A DNA stretch of 36,652 bases, taken from assembly GCA_900319615.1 (NCBI GenBank), contig ONPE01000005.1:1-36652 (forward strand). Reading direction: 5' to 3'. The position numbers and the translations under genes were made by a program. The DNA is from an uncultured Eubacteriales bacterium (GTDB lineage Bacteria > Bacillota > Clostridia > Oscillospirales > Acutalibacteraceae). The notes under the pieces are model-generated. The model had not been told where the DNA came from. It saw only the letters and a list, made by a program, of their open reading frames with translations, and made no database searches. Of this stretch, positions 29,046-36,652 are shown piece by piece; position 1 is the first letter of the stretch, and each line of letters opens with the position of its first letter.

Positions 29046-29360
29046 TCACAAAAATATTTGGTGACAAAACGTTACAAAAGCATGACGTTTTTTTGCTTTA
29101 TTTGGCATTTTTTGCACAAAATTATCGACAAGAATCGCGTCTTCGCCGATCAGACGTATATTTTCCCACCTGATAAAGCAATCCTCAGCCTTGCCGAACA
29201 AGCCGAAAAACCGCGGTCTGCCGTAAACTATCAAAGCTGTAACCTTTGCACATTTGACGTCTACCTCAAGATCGTCGACGAATCCTATGCGGCGTCCGTT
29301 AGAAGAACTGATCACTTCTTTTCGCCTGAGCTCTTGCAGTCTGCAGGGCAAGTCGCTCAC
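29046..29360 (-). CDS. YlmC/YmxH family PRC-barrel sporulation protein
   Basis: ELRRKEVI...GRRIGFVDDLEVD...IRWENIRLIGEDAILV; GTG start with GGGAGG RBS. Confidence 0.88.
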   Translation of the reverse strand: MSDLPCRLQELRRKEVISSSNGRRIGFVDDLEVDVKCAKVTALIVYGRPRFFGLFGKAEDCFIRWENIRLIGEDAILVDNFVQKMPNKAKKRHAFVTFCHQIFL

Positions 29361-29390
29361 CTCCCTGCAACATACTATTCATTTTACAGC

Positions 29391-29420
29391 AAAAAAATAC
29401 ACCCACATGAAGTGGGTGTG
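29391..29420 (-). terminator. Terminator downstream of the V/A-ATPase operon
   Basis: CACCCAC / GTGGGTG stem with U7 on the minus strand. Confidence 0.8.
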
Positions 29421-29518
29421 AATAAATTGTTAACAAATCAGTTACACTTGTTATTGTTTGTTAATCAAAAGTTACGACTGATTCAACTCAGGACAAAAAA
29501 CAGGAATCATCCGAGCCG

Positions 29519-30166
29519 TCAATAACCGTGCGCCTGCTGCAGCATCATATCCTTGACCTTCATCAGACGGGTCTGTGTGGAGCGCTCGTTCTCATCCAGC
29601 TTTCGGGTGATGTAGCGTATCTGCTCCCTTGTCTCGGGGATCATAACGTGCTCCAGCGCATTCACGCGTCTGCGGGTCTTCTCTATCTCGTCAGCCATCA
29701 GCTGACAGCTCTTCTCTATCTCTGCGAGCTTTATCAGGTCGGGCAGGATATCGGAGAGCGACTTCACCGCGCCGTCGAGGTCTGCGGATGTGAACGCAAA
29801 GCCGTAGGAGTAGATATCGTTGGGATCGGGGGTACGTGTCTTGGTATCGAACACCGGGATATCCACGCTCATGACGTTGCGGTACGAGGTAGAGACATAA
29901 ACCTCCTGCTTCGGAGCGAGCAGAGCAGCCTTCATAGCCTCGTCGCTCATAGCGGTCTTTGCAAGCACGAAGTTGAGATTCGCTTCACGCAGGCTCTCCT
30001 CCACCTTCATCCTGAGAGCGCGGTTCTCCCGAACCATCTCGAGAAAGCGGCGCATGAGCTCGTCGCGCTTATCTTTGAGCAGCTTATGACCTCGGGTAGC
30101 CGTATTCAGTTTTTTCTTGAGCCTTGTAAGCTCCATACGGGTCGGGTTGACCTGCTTGACAGCCAT
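29519..30166 (-). CDS. ntpD: V/A-type ATPase subunit D
   Basis: NPTRMEL, GHKLLKDKRDEL, EIEKTRRRVNALEH. Confidence 0.96.
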   Translation of the reverse strand: MAVKQVNPTRMELTRLKKKLNTATRGHKLLKDKRDELMRRFLEMVRENRALRMKVEESLREANLNFVLAKTAMSDEAMKAALLAPKQEVYVSTSYRNVMSVDIPVFDTKTRTPDPNDIYSYGFAFTSADLDGAVKSLSDILPDLIKLAEIEKSCQLMADEIEKTRRRVNALEHVMIPETREQIRYITRKLDENERSTQTRLMKVKDMMLQQAHGY

Positions 30167-30180
30167 ATAATCACCTTTTC

Positions 30181-30317
30181 AGTTAGTAGTTGGTAGTCAG
30201 GAGTTGACAGCGTGTTATGCTCGCTTCTGAAGGAAGAAGGGGGTTGGTTTGGATATATAAATCCAAAAATCTGAAAGATTTTCCCTTAATTCCTAACTCC
30301 TAATTCCTAACTCCTCA
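30181..30317. repeat. Intergenic element with inverted heptamer arrays, copy 1 (ntpB-ntpD)
   Basis: Left array AGTTAGT AGTTGGT AGTCAGG AGTTGAC; right array TAATTCC TAACTCC TAATTCC TAACTCC (30287-30314); internal hairpins. Confidence 0.85.
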
Positions 30318-31688
30318 CTTCTTTTCGTAGTACATATCGAGGAATTTGTCGTCGATACGCTTGAGCTCTGTACGCGGCAGTATCCTGAGCAGCTCCCAGC
30401 CGAGGTCGAGGGTCTCCTCGATGGAGCGGTTGGTCTCGTAGCCCTGAGATACATACTCCTTCTCGAAGCGGTCGGCGAACTGAGCGTACAGCTTATCTAT
30501 ATCTGTCAGAGCCGATTCGCCGAGGATGACCATGAGCTCCTTTGCGTCCTTACCGCGTGCATATGCGGAGAAGAGCTGGTTCATGGTGTTGCTGTGGTCG
30601 GCGCGGGTCTTGCCCTCGCCTATTCCCTTATCCTTGAGTCGGGAAAGGGACGGCAGAACGTCGATAGGCGGCGCGATGTTCTTGCGGTAGAGCTCGCGCG
30701 AGAGGATGATCTGACCCTCGGTGATGTAACCGGTAAGGTCGGGGATGGGATGAGTCTTGTCGTCCTCGGGCATGGTGAGAATCGGGATAAGGGTGATGGA
30801 GCCCTTCTTGCCCTTCTGACGGCCGGCTCTCTCATAGAGGGTAGCGAGGTCGGTGTACATATAGCCGGGGTAGCCTCGTCTGCCGGGAACCTCCTTACGC
30901 GCTGCGGATACCTCGCGCAGGGCGTCGGCATAGTTGGTGATGTCGGTCATGATGACCAGAACGTGCATATCAGCTTCAAAAGCGAGATATTCGGCGGCGG
31001 TCAAAGCCATACGCGGAGTAGAGATACGCTCGATGGCGGGGTCGTTCGCGAGATTGACGAACATGACCGTCCTGTCGATAGCGCCGGTCTCCTTGAAGCT
31101 CTCGATGAAGTAGTTGGACTCTTCAAAGGTGATACCCATAGCGGCGAATACGACCGCGAACTGCTCGTCGGTACCGCGGACTCTCGCCTGACGGGCGATC
31201 TGAGCCGCGAGCTGAGCGTGAGGCAGACCGGACGCCGAGAAGATCGGCAGCTTCTGACCTCTTACGAGAGTGTTCAGTCCGTCGATGGCAGAAACACCGG
31301 TCTGGATGAACTCCTGCGGATAATTCCTCGCATACGGATTCATCGGCAGACCGTTGATATCCATGCGCGCTACGGGCAGGATGTCGGGGCCGCCGTCGAT
31401 GGGCTTGCCCATGCCGTCAAAGACTCTGGACAGCATATCTGTGGAAACTCCGAGCTCCATCGACTTGCCCAAAAAGCGAACCTTGGAGTCGGAGAGATTG
31501 ATGCCGGCTGCGGAGTCGAACAGCTGGACGAGAGCGTCCTCACCGTTTATCTCGAGCACCTTGCAGCGGCGAACCTCACCGGAGGAGAGCTCGATCTCGC
31601 CCAGATCGTTGTAGCTTACGTCGCTGACGCCTTTGACCAGCATCAAAGGACCGGCTACTTCTTCGATAGTCCTGTATTCCTTAGGCAT
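30315..31688 (-). CDS. ntpB: V/A-type ATPase subunit B
   Basis: 457 aa; [38 protein letters not shown]. Confidence 0.97.
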   Translation of the reverse strand: MPKEYRTIEEVAGPLMLVKGVSDVSYNDLGEIELSSGEVRRCKVLEINGEDALVQLFDSAAGINLSDSKVRFLGKSMELGVSTDMLSRVFDGMGKPIDGGPDILPVARMDINGLPMNPYARNYPQEFIQTGVSAIDGLNTLVRGQKLPIFSASGLPHAQLAAQIARQARVRGTDEQFAVVFAAMGITFEESNYFIESFKETGAIDRTVMFVNLANDPAIERISTPRMALTAAEYLAFEADMHVLVIMTDITNYADALREVSAARKEVPGRRGYPGYMYTDLATLYERAGRQKGKKGSITLIPILTMPEDDKTHPIPDLTGYITEGQIILSRELYRKNIAPPIDVLPSLSRLKDKGIGEGKTRADHSNTMNQLFSAYARGKDAKELMVILGESALTDIDKLYAQFADRFEKEYVSQGYETNRSIEETLDLGWELLRILPRTELKRIDDKFLDMYYEKK

Positions 31689-31689
31689 A

Positions 31690-33459
31690 TCACTCTTCCC
31701 CCTTCTTGATGATGTTGTCTATATCTACGTCGAGGTTATGGAGGATGTCGTTATAGACCTGCTCTACCTCGTCTTCCTTAACATACTTGAAACGACCGAT
31801 ACGCTCGCGGATAGGCATATCTATCAGAGCATTCAGCTGAGCGCCCATAGGCAGAGCCGCGATGCTCTTGTCATAGAATGCCATGACCAGCTGCATCATA
31901 TGATACTGCTTGTTGAGCGTGGTGTAGGTATCTGTCTCATGGAACGCGTTCTGATGGAGGAAGTCCTCACGAATGGAACGCGCAGCCTCTAACTTGATGC
32001 GGTCGGTGTCGGACAGAGCGTCCATACCGACGAGCTTGACGATCTCTTCGAGCTCGCTTTCCTCCTGCAGCAGCGACATAACTCTCGCGCGCAGATCCAT
32101 CCAGTCGGGAGCTACGTTGTCGGCGTACCACTTAGCCATAGTGTCGACATACAGAGAGTATGAGGTCAGCCAGTTGACAGCCGGGAAGTGACGCTTGTAC
32201 GCAAGCGCCGCGTCAAGTCCCCAGAACACCTTGACGATACGCAGGGTAGCCTGAGATACGGGCTCGGAGATATCGCCGCCGGGAGGCGACACAGCGCCGA
32301 TAACGGACAGCGAGCCCTCCTGCTCATCCGAGCCGAGGGTGATGACTCTGCCGGCTCTCTCATAGAACTGAGCGAGTCTCGAGCCGAGGTACGCGGGATA
32401 GCCCTCTTCACCGGGCATCTCTTCCAAACGGCCGGACATCTCGCGCAGAGCCTCCGCCCATCTGGAGGTCGAGTCCGCCATCAGAGCGACGGAGTAGCCC
32501 ATATCGCGGAAGTACTCGGCGATGGTGATGCCTGTGTATATCGAAGCCTCACGAGCCGCAACGGGCATATCGGAGGTGTTCGCGATCAGAACGGTACGTT
32601 CCATAAGGCTGTGACCTGTCTTGGGATCGAGCAGCTCAGGGAACTCATTCAGAACGTCGGTCATCTCGTTGCCGCGCTCGCCGCAGCCGATGTAGACTAC
32701 GATATCAGCCTCCGCCCATTTTGCGAGCTGATGCTGAACGACCGTCTTGCCGGAGCCGAACGGACCCGGTACGGACGCAACGCCGCCCTTTGCGATCGGG
32801 AACAGCGTGTCGATAACGCGCTGACCGGTGATGAGCGGCATATCGGGAGAGAGTTTCTGTTTATACGGTCTGCCGATTCGGACGGGCCACTTCTGCATGA
32901 GGGTGAGCTCAAAGCGCTCGCCCTTGTCGCTCTCGACGACGGCTACGGTATCCTCTACCTTATATCCGCCGCTCTTTATATCTTTGATCACACCGCCCTT
33001 TTTATCGGGCACCATGATCTTGTGCTCTACGATCTCGGTCTCCTGCACGGTACCGAGGACGTCGCCGGGCTCTACCCTGTCGCCCACCTTGGCGACGGCG
33101 TTGAACTGCCACACCTTGTCGCGCTTGAGAGCCGGTACGGAGATACCGCGGCTGAGGTTGTTGCCGCTGACCTTCATGATATCGTCAAGCGGACGCTGGA
33201 TACCGTCGTATATGCTCTCTATCAGGCCTGGACCGAGCTCGACCGAAAGCTGGCTGCCGGTCGATACGACAGGCTCGCCGGGGCCGAGACCGGAGGTCTC
33301 TTCATAAACCTGGATAGAAGCGCGGTCGCCGTGCATCTCGATGACCTCGCCGATGAGGTTCATGTTCGATACATGCACAACGTCGAACATATTACAGTCG
33401 CGCATACCGTCGGCGATTACCAGCGGACCCGCTACCTTCTTAATTACACCTGTACTCAT
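31690..33459 (-). CDS. ntpA: V/A-type ATPase catalytic subunit A
   Basis: 589 aa; P-loop [36 protein letters not shown]. Confidence 0.98.
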   Translation of the reverse strand: MSTGVIKKVAGPLVIADGMRDCNMFDVVHVSNMNLIGEVIEMHGDRASIQVYEETSGLGPGEPVVSTGSQLSVELGPGLIESIYDGIQRPLDDIMKVSGNNLSRGISVPALKRDKVWQFNAVAKVGDRVEPGDVLGTVQETEIVEHKIMVPDKKGGVIKDIKSGGYKVEDTVAVVESDKGERFELTLMQKWPVRIGRPYKQKLSPDMPLITGQRVIDTLFPIAKGGVASVPGPFGSGKTVVQHQLAKWAEADIVVYIGCGERGNEMTDVLNEFPELLDPKTGHSLMERTVLIANTSDMPVAAREASIYTGITIAEYFRDMGYSVALMADSTSRWAEALREMSGRLEEMPGEEGYPAYLGSRLAQFYERAGRVITLGSDEQEGSLSVIGAVSPPGGDISEPVSQATLRIVKVFWGLDAALAYKRHFPAVNWLTSYSLYVDTMAKWYADNVAPDWMDLRARVMSLLQEESELEEIVKLVGMDALSDTDRIKLEAARSIREDFLHQNAFHETDTYTTLNKQYHMMQLVMAFYDKSIAALPMGAQLNALIDMPIRERIGRFKYVKEDEVEQVYNDILHNLDVDIDNIIKKGEE

Positions 33460-33483
33460 AATGTATCAATCCTTTTTATTAAT

Positions 33484-33621
33484 CAGGAGTTAGGAATTAG
33501 GAATTAGGAGTTGATGGCGGGACACCCGCACCCGTTTTATAATTGCAACTGAACACAATTACAATCCAAAACGCGTCAGCGTTTCCCGAAACTCCTCACT
33601 CCTCACTGCTCACTCCTAACT
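33484..33621. repeat. Intergenic element with inverted heptamer arrays, copy 2 (ntpF-ntpA)
   Basis: Left array GGAGTTA GGAATTA GGAATTA GGAGTTG (33486-33513); right array AAACTCC TCACTCC TCACTGC TCACTCC (33589-33616); internal hairpins. Confidence 0.85.
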
Positions 33622-33940
33622 ATTCGTTAAAAATGTCGCTGCCGACGGCTTTTTCGACAGACTTGCGCACAGCCGAGAGACCCTCGCCGGTGTTGCCCGA
33701 TACGCCTGGTATCAGGATTATCGCGGGCGACGGAGCGCTGCGGTACTTCTCGATCTCTTTATCGAGCATCGCGGCAGCTGCCTCGGTGACGTATATGATG
33801 CTGTAGCTCTCGTTCTGGCACAGCTTTTTGAACATGGTGAAGCCGTCTCCGGACGGATCGAACACATACGGGTCGAGTCCGAGAGCGGCAAAGCCGTATA
33901 TGCTTTCTTTATCTCCTACGACGGCGATCCTGTTAGACAT
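33620..33940 (-). CDS. V/A-type ATPase subunit F (called NtpG in E. hirae)
   Basis: 106 aa; IAVVGD..SIYGFAALG, IIYVTE, ILIPG, VEKAVGSDI. Confidence 0.93.
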   Translation of the reverse strand: MSNRIAVVGDKESIYGFAALGLDPYVFDPSGDGFTMFKKLCQNESYSIIYVTEAAAAMLDKEIEKYRSAPSPAIILIPGVSGNTGEGLSAVRKSVEKAVGSDIFNE

Positions 33941-34901
33941 ACATGCTCCTCAGTCTTTCCTTGACCGTTTCCTCACTCAGCCCGTTGACCTTCGCGCACA
34001 GGATAAGGCGCACAGCCTTCATCTCGTTCTCGCGCGCGTTGATATAGGCGACTATCGGCCCGACGCCGAAGGGCTCCCACTTCTGGGACTTCATCTCGTC
34101 GGTAAGATGATCGTCACACCACTTCTCAAAAGCGGACATCGAAGTGCGTATCGCGTCTACGGCGCCACTGTAGCCGGTGGAGCCGAGATAGCTCAACACC
34201 TCGTCCACGCTAACGGCGGCGGCTGAGGCGAGCTTCTTTATATCGAGCGTATCGCACTGAGCCAAAGCTCTGAGGATAAAGTCATGTTTTTTATTGGTTT
34301 TAGCCGAACGTACGGCTATCTTTATATCCGACGCTGCCGTGAACAGCTCGCAGTACAGCTCTATGAGCTCGTTGCCGCTCTCCTTGCCGAGGCGGTAAAC
34401 ATACTCCATGCACGCCTTGTCGATGATCATGTCGCACAGCTGACCGTCGCCGGTCTGCAGCAGCGTGGACATGGCCTCACGCGCAGGCTCGCAAAGGTAC
34501 TCAGGCAGGTGATCATACTCGCGCTTTTTGACTGCGTCATAAAGCTCCACGGGGTCGGTGACGGAGTTGTTCAGGAAAAGTCCGTCGGGCTTTTCATCGC
34601 GTACGATGCACTTGACCGTGACCTTGAGGTTGTGGAAATCGTTGGGCACGCGCAAAAAATCGAGCGCGCTTTTATCTTCAACTATCTCACCGATGAAGTC
34701 CCACAGCCTTTGCTCTTCGAGCGACAAAAGCGCCTCGGGATCCTTTACGCCGGAGCCGTCGCCCCAGCCCTTGTCCCTGAGCAGGCGAAGAGCCGCGTCG
34801 ATATCCCTTGCCGAGAGCAGCGAATTCAGGTCGGCGTCGCTGAGCAGGCGCGTCTCGCGGAAGCGTATACGCGCAACTGCATATGTGTAATCCTGCTGCA
34901 T
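33933..34901 (-). CDS. ntpC: V/A-type ATPase subunit C (d)
   Basis: YTYAVARIR, DFHNLK, EPFGVGPIVAY...ERLR; ATG 34901 after GGGAGG. Confidence 0.92.
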   Translation of the reverse strand: MQQDYTYAVARIRFRETRLLSDADLNSLLSARDIDAALRLLRDKGWGDGSGVKDPEALLSLEEQRLWDFIGEIVEDKSALDFLRVPNDFHNLKVTVKCIVRDEKPDGLFLNNSVTDPVELYDAVKKREYDHLPEYLCEPAREAMSTLLQTGDGQLCDMIIDKACMEYVYRLGKESGNELIELYCELFTAASDIKIAVRSAKTNKKHDFILRALAQCDTLDIKKLASAAAVSVDEVLSYLGSTGYSGAVDAIRTSMSAFEKWCDDHLTDEMKSQKWEPFGVGPIVAYINARENEMKAVRLILCAKVNGLSEETVKERLRSMYV

Positions 34902-34915
34902 ATCACGCCTCCCTG

Positions 34916-35497
34916 TCAAAACAGGAGCTTTCCGGCTCTGTCGGACAGCGTCTCGGCTTCAGAGGCGAAGATCGCGTCAAAGGAGCAGTTCTGCTCGATG
35001 CCGCCGTATTTGAGGATAAAGCCGGCGTCGATATCGGCGTCCTCTACGGCGAGGGTCAGCCTCCCCTTTGCGGCGGAGTTGACGCGCTCGGGCAGATCAT
35101 ACGGCATACGCTCTTTATCTTTTCTGCCGAAGCAAATTATACCGTCCTCGGGCTGAGAGTACTTCTCTACCATTTGGATGATCAGCGCAAAATACTCGTT
35201 GTCCGGCAGATTCTTCGCGTCATCCAGACCTTTTTTCAGCATAGTCGAGATAATGTCCTGCTTTGCGCGGAGCATGACGCGCTTCTCTTCGAGGTCGGCT
35301 GCGGAATCACCGCGCTTTTTTATATCAGCCACACGCGCGGCGGTCTTTTCCTTACCTGCGGCGGCGACAGACTGAGCCTGATCACGGGCTTCTGCGAGGA
35401 TCTTATCCGCCTTAGCCTGAGCCTCGGCGATGATTTTTTCGCAGACAGCCTGAGTATCCTGCTCGATCTGACTGATGATTACATCTATACCCGACAT
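34916..35497 (-). CDS. ntpE: V/A-type ATPase subunit E
   Basis: N-terminal coiled coil, C-terminal GFILKYGGIEQNCSFD; position between K and C. Start may instead be GTG 35506. Confidence 0.9.
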   Translation of the reverse strand: MSGIDVIISQIEQDTQAVCEKIIAEAQAKADKILAEARDQAQSVAAAGKEKTAARVADIKKRGDSAADLEEKRVMLRAKQDIISTMLKKGLDDAKNLPDNEYFALIIQMVEKYSQPEDGIICFGRKDKERMPYDLPERVNSAAKGRLTLAVEDADIDAGFILKYGGIEQNCSFDAIFASEAETLSDRAGKLLF

Positions 35498-35502
35498 ACC
35501 GA

Positions 35503-36652
<1,150 letters not shown>

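Noticed and set aside
29421-29518. sRNA (CsfG-like, upstream of ylmC) or the short repeats TTGTTAA..GTTAC
   Set aside because: No promoter or pyrimidine-rich stem-loops could be identified, the repeats are short and AT-rich, and the region is explained as the 3' UTR of the ATPase operon.

Overview
A core-genome window from a Clostridia bacterium, most likely a Ruminococcus of the R. bromii type; this is inferred from gene order and a dockerin-bearing alpha-amylase. Left to right it holds: dapB(partial)-dapA-asd (-); a 169-bp palindromic MITE/REP-like element; queA-tgt-yajC-membrane protein (+); rluA and DUF1294 (-); a GH10-like hydrolase (+); mtaB (-); an HPr-like gene (+); a long minus-strand run rpsB-tsf / pyrH-frr-uppS-cdsA-dxr-rseP-ispG-polC-AI-2E-amylase; a SleB-like hydrolase; ylmC; and a Na+-type V/A-ATPase operon (I partial, K, E, C, F, A, B, D). 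No rRNA, tRNA, CRISPR array, transposase or phage gene is visible. The main anomalies are: (1) two related ~135-nt elements with inverted heptamer arrays that exactly bracket ntpA-ntpB; (2) a 38-bp tandem repeat before uppS whose two copies both encode MDLLRC*, using different Arg codons; (3) three indel lesions - a 26-bp duplication frameshifting polC, a frameshift in tgt and an in-frame motif deletion in queA - which may be assembly errors; (4) no canonical start codon for rseP; (5) a modular amylosome enzyme with unrecognised modules at the end of a housekeeping gene run. All family calls come from motif recognition, not database searches.
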